Below the pieces are notes generated by a model. The model had not been told where the DNA came from and ran no database searches. It was given only the letters and a program-made list of their open reading frames with translations. This document shows positions 9,843 through 19,035 of a stretch of 64,000 nt of DNA, piece after piece (position 1 is the stretch's first letter; every line of letters starts with the position of its first letter). The DNA comes from Candidatus Dojkabacteria bacterium (GTDB taxonomy: Bacteria; Patescibacteriota; Dojkabacteria; JAOAGR01). The position numbers and the translations under genes were made by a program. Location of the stretch: positions 551 to 64,550 of the forward strand of contig JAOAGR010000008.1 of NCBI GenBank assembly GCA_026415655.1, read 5' to 3'.

Positions 9843-10640
9843 ATGATCAAATTTGTTGGAATAAAAAAGGGAAATACATGGGATCTCATCTGGATACTTT
9901 TTCGTACTGAATTTAAACTCAAATATAATGATTCTTTTTTGGGCATTATATGGGTTATTTTAAAACCGTTTTTACTTTATTTAATATTGTACTTTGTATT
10001 AACTCAGGTTTTTATCAATCTGACGATAAAACATTTTGCAATATATCTTTTTATTGGACAAATGTTTGTAAACTTATGGAATGAAACTACTTCTAAAGGC
10101 ATGGAATCCTTTTTATCATATGCTCATCTTATTTCAAAGATAGTTTTTCCAAGATATGTAGTCCTAATATCTTCTACACTAATTGCTATAGTTAATTTTT
10201 TAATAAATTGCATAGTTTTATCTATATTTATTCTATTTAGCGAAATTAGACCATCCATTTTCGAAATATTCTGGTTTTTAATGTGTGCTATATTGCTTTA
10301 TTTCATTGGAATAATAATATCAATGTTTATCAGTATTATATATGTCAAATTCAGGGATCTAAAGCAAATATGGGAACTATTTAATACAATGATATTTTGG
10401 CTTACTCCTGGATTTTATCTACCAGCAAATCTAGCAGATAAAAATGGCCTTTTATATTACATAGTTGAGCATATTAATCCAGTTTCCATTTTATTAATTG
10501 GTGCACGTGATGGACTAATATATCAAAGTATAGGTAAATTAAATGAGATAGGGTTAATATTTATTGTTTTTTCTGTAATTGGGATTTTGGGATATGGATA
10601 TTATAGAAAAAACATAGCACGCATAGCAGAATCATTTTAA
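9843..10640 (+). CDS. ABC-2 polysaccharide export permease (Wzm/TagG-like)
   Basis: FKLKYNDSFLGIIWVILKP, FRDLKQIW, WLTP. Confidence 0.9.
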   Translation: MIKFVGIKKGNTWDLIWILFRTEFKLKYNDSFLGIIWVILKPFLLYLILYFVLTQVFINLTIKHFAIYLFIGQMFVNLWNETTSKGMESFLSYAHLISKIVFPRYVVLISSTLIAIVNFLINCIVLSIFILFSEIRPSIFEIFWFLMCAILLYFIGIIISMFISIIYVKFRDLKQIWELFNTMIFWLTPGFYLPANLADKNGLLYYIVEHINPVSILLIGARDGLIYQSIGKLNEIGLIFIVFSVIGILGYGYYRKNIARIAESF

Positions 10641-10643
10641 TTT

Positions 10644-11438
10644 ATGTTAAATAATGTAGTATTAAAAGTGAATAATGTAACAAAAAGATTTCTAAAATCA
10701 AAGTTAAAATATCAAACATTCCGCGAATATTTTTGGAATCTACCACATGAAATTTATGAAAGATTAAAAAGTATATTAAATATATCCAGTTCTTACCAAA
10801 CTAGAAATCAAAATACATTTACAGTATTAGAGGATATTTCATTTGAAGTTAAGAGAGGTGAGTTTGTCAGTATAATTGGAAAGAATGGTTCAGGGAAGAG
10901 TACTCTTCTAAAAATCCTTGCCGGTATTTATATCCCTGATGATGGCAATATCGAAGTGTATGGAAAAATCATACCATTTTTAGAATTAGGTGTGGGTTTT
11001 AATACTGAATTGACCGCAAAAGAAAATGTTTATCTCAACGGAATTGTTTTGGGACTGACAAGAAAGGAGGTAGACCAATTTTATGATCAAATAATAGATT
11101 TTGCAGAGGTGCGGGAATTCGAAAACATGAAACTTAAATATTTCTCTTCTGGTATGCAAGTACGCCTAGCATTTTCTGTTGCAATACATGCTCAAGGTGA
11201 TATTTATCTATTAGATGAGGTTTTTGCCGTAGGAGACATTAATTTTCAAAAAAAAGCGTTAGATGCAATACATCAGATCATCAAGTCAGGAAAAACAATC
11301 ATTTATGTTGGGCATGGTATGGATACTGTACGCAAATATTCATCAAATGTTATTTATTTAAAGGAAAAAAAGATAGCTGCAACCGGTATAAGTGCTATTG
11401 ATACATATGTTGCAGATCAATCGTCGTCAGGTAATTAG
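10644..11438 (+). CDS. Polysaccharide export ATPase (Wzt/TagH-like)
   Basis: GKNGSGKST, FSSGMQVRLAFS, LDEVFAVGD. Confidence 0.93.
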   Translation: MLNNVVLKVNNVTKRFLKSKLKYQTFREYFWNLPHEIYERLKSILNISSSYQTRNQNTFTVLEDISFEVKRGEFVSIIGKNGSGKSTLLKILAGIYIPDDGNIEVYGKIIPFLELGVGFNTELTAKENVYLNGIVLGLTRKEVDQFYDQIIDFAEVREFENMKLKYFSSGMQVRLAFSVAIHAQGDIYLLDEVFAVGDINFQKKALDAIHQIIKSGKTIIYVGHGMDTVRKYSSNVIYLKEKKIAATGISAIDTYVADQSSSGN

Positions 11439-11536
11439 AAAACAATTTTTAATATTTAGATTTTATAATTCTTATCTTTTGTTATACCAATCGCAAAAAA
11501 CAAACAATTTGATTGATTTCACAACAAGAAATCAAA

Positions 11537-11995
11537 TTATTTTTTTTCAAACACTACATATTTATACATCAAAAAACTGAAAATCGTCTGAAAAAACATA
11601 ACTATAAACTTAGCCACAAATGCATGGTAAACCAGAGGATGAATGAAACCCACCATAAAGCCCTGAAAAACTATAATATTAAATACATGTGTGGCTAAAA
11701 ATTTTGAAAAATATTTTACGTTTTTAACTCTTTTTACTTCAAACACCCATATATTTTGTAATAAATAATTTACTAACACGGCTATCACTGCAGATATAAC
11801 ACTAGCAAGATATATATTCGTCGGATATAGAATCAAAGTAAAGTTATAAAAATGAAATAAAATGTGGTATAGGCCTGCGTCTATCAAAAAGGTAGATAAC
11901 CCAACAACTAAAAATCTATATATCTCTTTATTTTGAATTATTTTTTTAATTCTTTTTAAATTTTTATCGATAAAATCCACATGCAAATATATCAT
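11537..11995 (-). CDS. GtrA family flippase-like protein
   Basis: RFLVVG, NYLLQNIWVF, 4 TMs, YKYVVF end. Confidence 0.85.
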   Translation of the reverse strand: MIYLHVDFIDKNLKRIKKIIQNKEIYRFLVVGLSTFLIDAGLYHILFHFYNFTLILYPTNIYLASVISAVIAVLVNYLLQNIWVFEVKRVKNVKYFSKFLATHVFNIIVFQGFMVGFIHPLVYHAFVAKFIVMFFQTIFSFLMYKYVVFEKK

Positions 11996-12014
11996 TATTT
12001 GATAAAATTTTTAA

Positions 12015-13685
12015 ATGCTTAATCTATTTATAGAGACCGTAAAAAAACTTGAGATTACAAGCTCAACAAAGGAAAAAACAGAAACTATAGCTAATGCATT
12101 AAAACAAATAAATATTGATGAAGAACTTTTACTTTTCTCTCGTTATTTATGTGGAATAATTTATCCGGCATATAGTCCTAAAAAAATTAATCTTGGCACA
12201 AAACTCATAGTACAAGCGATAATAAAAGCGTATAAACTCGATAAAGAGACATTTCAAGAGTTCTTTAAGGGATCAGAAGACATATCAGAATGCATATCAA
12301 AGATTTACACACAATACAAATCAAGTGTTCGCAAATCAATCATATTTTCGGATAGATCTATTCCCGAATCCCTAAAAGACATTCAAATTTTATTTGATGA
12401 TATAAGCAATATTTCAAGTAATATAAAAAAAGTAAACTATATTATTGATTTAATTTTCTGTCTACCACTAGACATTTTGCTTACTGTAATAAAAATTTTA
12501 ACGAACACTTTACGAGTAGGTATAAAAGAAGCAATAGTTGAAAAGGCTATATCAGTTGCGTTTAATAAAAATATACAAATTATTCGCAAAGCTATGTTTT
12601 ACACAGGTGATATAGGTGAGGTGGCTGTACACGCCAAGAATAATAAAATTGAATCAATAAAATTTAAACTATTCCATCCAATAAAAGTAATGTTAGCATC
12701 AAGTGAAGAAAATATTGATGAAATATTTGAAAGAATGGAAAAAGATATCTGGTGCGAATACAAATATGATGGTATAAGAGCTCATATACATAAGGAAGAC
12801 GACAGAGTGGAAATTTATACACGTGATCTCAAAAATATAACGGATCAATTTCCAGAAATTGTCTTTTTTTTAAAAAAAATAGAACAATCGGATTTTCTCC
12901 TAGATGGCGAAATCGTACCTTTTCAGAACAATAAAATTATGCAATTTTCTTTATTACAAAAAAGGCTAGGAAGAAAAGAAAAAATTGATATCGCAGCCAG
13001 AGAAAATCCATGTACATTTATAGCTTATGACATTATTTATGACGATGGTAAATTAGTTACCGATTTACCGTTACATAAACGAAGAGCATTGTTAGAAAAT
13101 AAATTTTCATCAAGCGGATTGTTATTTTCTAAATATAAGATAGTAAATACCAAAGAAGAGTTTATTGATTTTTTCAAAAAAAGTAAGGAGGAGGGTAGAG
13201 AAGGACTGATGATCAAAAAGATAGATTCAATTTACGAATCAGGCAAAAGAGGTATTAACTGGATCAAATACAAAGAAACTTTAGATCCTCTTGATGTAGT
13301 AATAGTCAAAGCAGAGCAGGGTGAAGGAAAAAACGCGAAGTATCTTAGTCAATACACATTCGCTGTATGGGATGAAAAAAAGCAAAATTTGTTAGAGATT
13401 GGAAAAGTTTATTCTGGAGCAACTGAAGAATTACTTGAAGAACTTACTAAAAAATTGCAAGAATACGCCGTCAAGGAATTAGAAAATGGTTATGAAGTTA
13501 AGCCAATTATTATCTTAGAGGTAGCTTTTGAGAATATTCAAATATCTAATAGATATAACGGAGGATATGCGGTTAGATTTCCTCGTATAATACGAGAAAG
13601 AACAGGAGACAAAAGCCTTGATGAAATAAACACAATTGAAGATGTAAAAAAATTATACTTAAAATTACAAAAAGAGGCTAACTAA
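12015..13685 (+). CDS. ATP-dependent DNA ligase with N-terminal DNA-binding domain
   Basis: EYKYDGIR, LLDGEIV, AYDII, EGLMIK, WIKYK, RFPRIIRER. Confidence 0.95.
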   Translation: MLNLFIETVKKLEITSSTKEKTETIANALKQINIDEELLLFSRYLCGIIYPAYSPKKINLGTKLIVQAIIKAYKLDKETFQEFFKGSEDISECISKIYTQYKSSVRKSIIFSDRSIPESLKDIQILFDDISNISSNIKKVNYIIDLIFCLPLDILLTVIKILTNTLRVGIKEAIVEKAISVAFNKNIQIIRKAMFYTGDIGEVAVHAKNNKIESIKFKLFHPIKVMLASSEENIDEIFERMEKDIWCEYKYDGIRAHIHKEDDRVEIYTRDLKNITDQFPEIVFFLKKIEQSDFLLDGEIVPFQNNKIMQFSLLQKRLGRKEKIDIAARENPCTFIAYDIIYDDGKLVTDLPLHKRRALLENKFSSSGLLFSKYKIVNTKEEFIDFFKKSKEEGREGLMIKKIDSIYESGKRGINWIKYKETLDPLDVVIVKAEQGEGKNAKYLSQYTFAVWDEKKQNLLEIGKVYSGATEELLEELTKKLQEYAVKELENGYEVKPIIILEVAFENIQISNRYNGGYAVRFPRIIRERTGDKSLDEINTIEDVKKLYLKLQKEAN

Positions 13686-14229
13686 GACCTAGTCTTTTAT
13701 CTTCATGCATTGCTTTAATAAGATTCTCAGTATGCTCTACTATATCTAATCCTATTTCCTCTAATGCTTTGTATATATCATCTCTATTTACACCTCTAGC
13801 AAAAGCTTTATCTTTTAGTTTTTTCTTAACGCCTTCACCATCTACATCTAATAATTTATTTGGTTTCATTAAAGCATAAGCAACAATAAATCCGGATAGC
13901 TCATCACAAGCAAATAAATACTTGGCCATCAAAGTATTTCTAGGAGTATTTGTTCTTTCTGGATATGCATGCCCTAAAATCGCATCAATTATTTCTTCAG
14001 AGATATAATATTCTCTTAGTATATCAGGTATTTTGTTTGGATGTTCATCAGGATATTTTTCCCAGTCCAAATCATGCAAAAGTCCTGCTGTACCCCAATC
14101 TTCAATCTCTTTTTCGGACAAATTCAGTAACCTAGCATAATAACTCATACAACTTTCTACAGCAAAACAGTGTTTTTGTAAATTGGGATTAGAAATCCAC
14201 TTATTTAACAGATCATAATGTTTTGACAT
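13678..14229 (-). CDS. HD-superfamily hydrolase (HDIG-like)
   Basis: HCFAV, GLLHDLD, ILGH, ACDELSG, KDKAFARGVNR. Confidence 0.9.
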   Translation of the reverse strand: MSKHYDLLNKWISNPNLQKHCFAVESCMSYYARLLNLSEKEIEDWGTAGLLHDLDWEKYPDEHPNKIPDILREYYISEEIIDAILGHAYPERTNTPRNTLMAKYLFACDELSGFIVAYALMKPNKLLDVDGEGVKKKLKDKAFARGVNRDDIYKALEEIGLDIVEHTENLIKAMHEDKRLGLS

Positions 14230-14239
14230 AACAAAATCA

Positions 14240-15064
14240 TTATTTATTCGAATCTGATTCCTCAGATATTAGATTTGATAGATCCAAAATTGTAGGCTGA
14301 TTGCCGAGCACCAATGGTAATTTGCCGTCCCATTTTTCTATAAACATTTTTTTAATTACTAATTCACTCAAATTAGATTTAATTATTTTTAATGCCTCTG
14401 CCTCTGCCGATACTATCTTCTGTTTTGCTTCAATCTCTATCCTTTTTAGATCATTTTCTGCTTTCAATGCACGCTGCTCGGCTAGCTGCTTTTCTTCTAT
14501 AGCTTGGGTAAATTCAGGAGAGAACTCAACGTTTACTATACTAACATCCTCTACTCTAATAAATAATGTTCCTAACTTTTGTTTGATTAGATTAACTAAT
14601 TCATCTCTCACTATCTCACGTTTAGTGATGATTTCTTCTGCGGTATATTTGGCTGTAGTGGCCTTGGTTGCCTCTTGCAAACGTGGAATAATTATTCTAT
14701 CAACATAATCTTCCTGCATGCCTAACTCTTGATATATTTTATCAACCATGTTCTCTTCAGTCCGATAATTTAAAGCAACAGTTACATCTACTTGTTGCAA
14801 GTCCTTTGAAGCTGCCGTTGCCAATATCTGTTGCTTACGCACTCGGGTCTCGAAAAAAATTGCTCTATCAATAAATGGTATCTTGAATCCCAATCCTTCA
14901 TCTCTAACTCCTGCAACACTACCATATCTCAAGATGACCGCCTTATATCCAGCATCTACTATTACTAGTGAAGATCTTATTGTGATTAAAAGAAAAATTA
15001 CCAATATTACGTAGACCCAGATTTTAGGGCTTGATATTAATTTAGTGAAATTTATTTTATCCAT
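14240..15064 (-). CDS. Prohibitin/SPFH (band 7) family membrane protein
   Basis: GLGFKIPF, ASKDLQ, FSPEFTQAIEEKQ, EKWDGKLP. Confidence 0.93.
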   Translation of the reverse strand: MDKINFTKLISSPKIWVYVILVIFLLITIRSSLVIVDAGYKAVILRYGSVAGVRDEGLGFKIPFIDRAIFFETRVRKQQILATAASKDLQQVDVTVALNYRTEENMVDKIYQELGMQEDYVDRIIIPRLQEATKATTAKYTAEEIITKREIVRDELVNLIKQKLGTLFIRVEDVSIVNVEFSPEFTQAIEEKQLAEQRALKAENDLKRIEIEAKQKIVSAEAEALKIIKSNLSELVIKKMFIEKWDGKLPLVLGNQPTILDLSNLISEESDSNK

Positions 15065-15225
15065 AACGCTAATATTTTAGCAAAACTTTTACAAATAAAA
15101 ATAAATTTTTAAAAATTTTATGTTCAATCTAATTTAATCATATTTATAATGCGCACAAAAAAGTCTAGTGAATAAGTCGGATTATTAAAAACTATAGGAA
15201 ATTAAAGCAAAATATACTGCAATAC

Positions 15226-15310
15226 TGGTGCCGAGGAGAGGACTCGAACCTCCACTCTGAAAAGAACATGGTCCTAAGCCATGTGCGTCTACCAGTTCCG
15301 CCACCTCGGC
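15226..15310 (-). tRNA. tRNA-Leu(TAG)
   Basis: Reverse complement GCCGAGGTGGCGGAACTGGTAGACGC...CTTAGGA...long variable arm...GGTTCGAGTCC...CTCGGCACCA. Confidence 0.97.
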
Positions 15311-15384
15311 TATACCTAAGTAATTCTAAAATAAAAAAGAAAGTTTTACAACAAAATGTAATCGTCATATACTATGATATTTGA

Positions 15385-15957
15385 ATGACAGAAAAAGAAA
15401 TACAAGAATTAGTACTCAAAGCTCAGCATGGTGACAAAGGTGCGCTAGAAAAAATTTATAGACATTATTTCAGGATTGTATACCAATATGTTTATTCAAA
15501 AATAAATCATTTACATGATACACAAGAAATAGTTTCAGATATATTTCTATCACTAATTACAAATCTTAAAAAATATAAGGGACAATCAAATTTTAAAAAT
15601 TTCATATTTGGAATAGTCAAAAATAAGTTAAATGATTATTTTCGTAGAAAATACAATTATGCAGATTATGTACAACAAAGTTATTTAGAAAACGACTTCT
15701 TTTACAACATAGCAGAACCTGAAGAAAAAGTATATTCAAGAAAAGAGAAACTTATGAAAATTGTAAAAAGGATACTATCTTTATTAAAGCCAAAATACGC
15801 AAAAGTATTAAAATTAAGATTTTTAGAAAACTATTCTGTCAAAGAAACAGCACAAACAATGGGTTTGTCTGTAAATAATGTGAAAGTATTGCAACATAGA
15901 GCAATACAAAAAGCACAACAAATTTGGCAATCAAAATATGAGGGCAAAATTGATTGA
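15385..15957 (+). CDS. ECF sigma-70 factor
   Basis: AQHGDKGALEKIY; region 2 DTQEIVSDIF; region 4 YSVKETAQTMGLSVNNVKVLQHRA. Confidence 0.92.
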   Translation: MTEKEIQELVLKAQHGDKGALEKIYRHYFRIVYQYVYSKINHLHDTQEIVSDIFLSLITNLKKYKGQSNFKNFIFGIVKNKLNDYFRRKYNYADYVQQSYLENDFFYNIAEPEEKVYSRKEKLMKIVKRILSLLKPKYAKVLKLRFLENYSVKETAQTMGLSVNNVKVLQHRAIQKAQQIWQSKYEGKID

Positions 15958-16204
15958 ACCAAAGATCGACGATCCACAATACATAAAACAAGTGGAAGAT
16001 AATCTATGGAGAAAATGTTCTACTCTTTGCTCAGGCAATGGTTGGAGTTACACATCTTATTCCAAAAAGTTGTTTATTTTGGTCTTACTTCTAATAATTT
16101 TTAGTTTATACCTATACATTGCTATTAGCATACAAAGTACGCCACAACAATATCAAATAAATGAGATAGAATCGAAGTCAATAAAATTTTTAATTAACAA
16201 ATAA
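15938..16204 (+). CDS. Small single-TM protein, candidate anti-sigma factor
   Basis: Overlaps the ECF stop; soluble N-terminus then one TM; function inferred from position only. Confidence 0.5.
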   Translation: MRAKLIEPKIDDPQYIKQVEDNLWRKCSTLCSGNGWSYTSYSKKLFILVLLLIIFSLYLYIAISIQSTPQQYQINEIESKSIKFLINK

Positions 16205-16210
16205 AGAGAT

Positions 16211-16600
16211 ATGAGTGAAGCAAAGTACATTAAAATAAATGTAGTTTTTTTGGTTATTTTCTTTTTATTTTTATTATTCTTAACAACAAGTAATATATCT
16301 CACAGTAAATCATCGGCGTATGTTGAAACTCAGTATAGTACAATACTAGACGAAGTTAATGATTTAATTAGATATGTAGAGAACAAATACTTCAATTCAC
16401 AAAATAAATCCGAAGAAAAATATATTTATTCTGATTGTCTGATAAGGTTGAAAAAAATCAAGGAATTAATTATGTCTAAAAATTCCCATTTATCAAATCA
16501 AGATGAGAAGGTAATAAGGCATAAGATTATCTGTATTATAAATGAATTAAAGAATTTAGAAAGCTCTCATACCAAAACTTATATTTATACACAAATATAA
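16211..16600 (+). CDS. Hypothetical exported small helical protein
   Basis: 129 aa ORF, N-terminal hydrophobic segment, 6 nt after the previous stop. Confidence 0.6.
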   Translation: MSEAKYIKINVVFLVIFFLFLLFLTTSNISHSKSSAYVETQYSTILDEVNDLIRYVENKYFNSQNKSEEKYIYSDCLIRLKKIKELIMSKNSHLSNQDEKVIRHKIICIINELKNLESSHTKTYIYTQI

Positions 16601-16742
16601 ATTTTCCTAATCTTATTTGTAAATTTATTAATTTATACTGAGTTCATGAAATAGAGAAACTGAAATTCTTTAGCTATACTGATAACAGTTGGCATTAATC
16701 TATTTATTAAAGTATAAACTATGAGATTCATGAAATAATCAG

Positions 16743-16748
16743 TATAAT
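16743..16748 (+). promoter_or_regulatory. -10 box TATAAT 6 nt before the mraY ATG (example of the leaderless-type pattern)
   Basis: TATAATcttttcATG; no SD. Confidence 0.6.
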
Positions 16749-16754
16749 CTTTTC

Positions 16755-18002
16755 ATGGAAAATATTAAAAATATTTTTGCAGCTATACCTGGAGGCGATA
16801 TTGTATCTATATCTATACTTTATTTTCTAGGATCATCTATTTTTGCTTTTTTAATATCTCCATTGATTATTCATATTTTGTATAAACTAAATATACGACG
16901 CAAATCAAAGGGCGATATAATAGGGAAAAAAGATGAAACACAAAATAAAGTTGGAACACCTATAATGGGAGGACTAATAGTTGTTATAACTGTTGTTGTA
17001 ATAACATTTATTTTCAACTGGGAGAGGAGTATGACATACATTCCCATAGGTGCATTTTTACTAGCTGCATGCTTGGGTGGCATTGATGATATATTAAACA
17101 TATTTGGAAACATTAGAAACAAACCACGATCAATAAAAGTCCATATTAATCTAATCAAACATCATGCAAATAAAACAAAACGATTTTATTATCTTTTAAC
17201 CTTACCTATTGCTATCATCAAACGTTTTCTATTTTTACTTGGATCCAAACCTAACTCTGGATTACATGTATACGAAAAAATATTTATTCAGACAATTATT
17301 GGTCTCGTTGTAGGTTCATGGATATATTTTGTAAATAAATGGGACTTTATTTGGTTACCTTATATTTTAAATATTGACATAATAAGGAATACCCTAGACC
17401 TAATACCAGGAATCAAAGTAAATCAATTTGGAGATGCTTATACTAGTATTAGTGTCGGCTGGCTGATTATTCCATTTGTAACACTTGTAATTATTACAAT
17501 ATCTAATGCAGTCAATTTTGCTGACGGCATGGATGGACTTGCATCAGGTCTTCTAATCCAAAATTTTATCGGACTTGGAATAATCGCATTCAGTTTAGCA
17601 GTCTACAATACTGAATTATACGAATTTAGACATTTATCATATCTAGCTTTTACGGTAGCAGGGGCGTTAGTTGCATATCAATACTTCAATATAAAACCCG
17701 CACGTATTCAACTAGGCGACATAGGTAGTCTAGCACTTGGTACACTACTTGCTGTCATGGCTATAGTAATGAAAAGAGAATTTGCGTTGTTTTTTATAGC
17801 TTTTGTTATACTTTTTGATGGAATACTTAGTCGTATTATCAACACGATATATAGAATATTTAAGGGAAGACGTCTATTTTATGTCATTCCATTTCATTAT
17901 CATCTGGAATTTATGGGCTGGTCCGAAGAAAAAGTAGTTATGCGAATGTGGACGATAAATATGATCTTTGTCGCTTTCGGTGTATGGTTGGCTGGTATAT
18001 AG
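16755..18002 (+). CDS. mraY: Phospho-N-acetylmuramoyl-pentapeptide transferase
   Basis: KVGTPIMGG, GGIDD, NAVNFADGMDGLA, GDIGSLALG, PFHYHLE, WSEEKVVMR. Confidence 0.93.
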   Translation: MENIKNIFAAIPGGDIVSISILYFLGSSIFAFLISPLIIHILYKLNIRRKSKGDIIGKKDETQNKVGTPIMGGLIVVITVVVITFIFNWERSMTYIPIGAFLLAACLGGIDDILNIFGNIRNKPRSIKVHINLIKHHANKTKRFYYLLTLPIAIIKRFLFLLGSKPNSGLHVYEKIFIQTIIGLVVGSWIYFVNKWDFIWLPYILNIDIIRNTLDLIPGIKVNQFGDAYTSISVGWLIIPFVTLVIITISNAVNFADGMDGLASGLLIQNFIGLGIIAFSLAVYNTELYEFRHLSYLAFTVAGALVAYQYFNIKPARIQLGDIGSLALGTLLAVMAIVMKREFALFFIAFVILFDGILSRIINTIYRIFKGRRLFYVIPFHYHLEFMGWSEEKVVMRMWTINMIFVAFGVWLAGI

Positions 18003-18008
18003 CAAGGG

Positions 18009-18965
18009 TTACTGTAATAATAACATCATCGAAGAGATAGATAATAATGATCCATTAATAAAGTCAGACGAATGTAAAACTTTTTTCCCTGGTATTTGTA
18101 ATTCAATTATTTCAAGATAACCGTCAGATAATTTCAAATATATTTTCTTTTTCTTTTTATCCACAATAAAAAATGATTCTTCTGTTACACTCGAAAAATT
18201 AGCATTAGAATAATTAGACCGCAAAATATTTATAAAATTATTAGCATCTAGTTTTACAAAAGCTTTAGGTTCAGGGTTTGCTCCCATTATTTTTCCATGA
18301 GCAATCCTAACTGTATCAAATCTTGTTATTTCAAATTTAGATTTATGCATATCCGATACATAACAATAGGATATATTTACGTTTGACTGTTTATAAAATT
18401 TCCATTTTTCAGGTTTGAAAATGACATTAAATTCTCTGTCTAAAATATCTGCTGCGTTTTTAGCTAAAATTTCCATTAAATCACCCGCCGTATAACTAGG
18501 TAAAATATTTATTACATCATAATGAAGATCCATCACATCACCATCATCCAATCTTGGTGTCATTTTAATTATATTGATTCCGGTAAATTCATCCTGATTT
18601 ATAACCGCCATTTGTATTGGACATGCACCTCGATATTTGGGCAAAAACGAACCATGAATGTTCAAAAATCCATGTTTGGGCTTTCTTAATTGGGATTTTT
18701 TTATTATAGCACCATAAGAAGCAACCAAAGCAAAATCTAATTCCTTAAGTAATTCGTTAATTATGCTCTTTTGTTGAGAAGTATAAATATTCAATTGATT
18801 ATTTTGACAGTATCTTAATATTGGATTTTTATCAAGTTTTGATCTCGATTTTTCTATTGTTACAACAAAACGTAAATTTATCAAATTACTTTTATGCAAA
18901 TCATGCAATTTTTCTAAGATAGGAAGACTAAAATCAGATGAACCGAAAAAAGCTATATTTACCAT
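18009..18965 (-). CDS. fmt: Methionyl-tRNA formyltransferase
   Basis: FFGSSDFS, ASYG, NIHGSFLPKYRGACPIQ, LDDGD, LQIPGKK. Confidence 0.92.
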   Translation of the reverse strand: MVNIAFFGSSDFSLPILEKLHDLHKSNLINLRFVVTIEKSRSKLDKNPILRYCQNNQLNIYTSQQKSIINELLKELDFALVASYGAIIKKSQLRKPKHGFLNIHGSFLPKYRGACPIQMAVINQDEFTGINIIKMTPRLDDGDVMDLHYDVINILPSYTAGDLMEILAKNAADILDREFNVIFKPEKWKFYKQSNVNISYCYVSDMHKSKFEITRFDTVRIAHGKIMGANPEPKAFVKLDANNFINILRSNYSNANFSSVTEESFFIVDKKKKKIYLKLSDGYLEIIELQIPGKKVLHSSDFINGSLLSISSMMLLLQ

Positions 18966-19035
18966 AATACTAATTATACCTTAAAAATCTAACAGAATTG
19001 AGCTAAATCATTTTGAGAACTATCCTCTAATCAGA

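Noticed and set aside
15335-15372. ECF autoregulatory promoter (CGTC -10-like at 15363)
   Set aside because: No AAC-type -35 at a 16-17 nt spacing; a sigma70-like TATACT explains the site equally well
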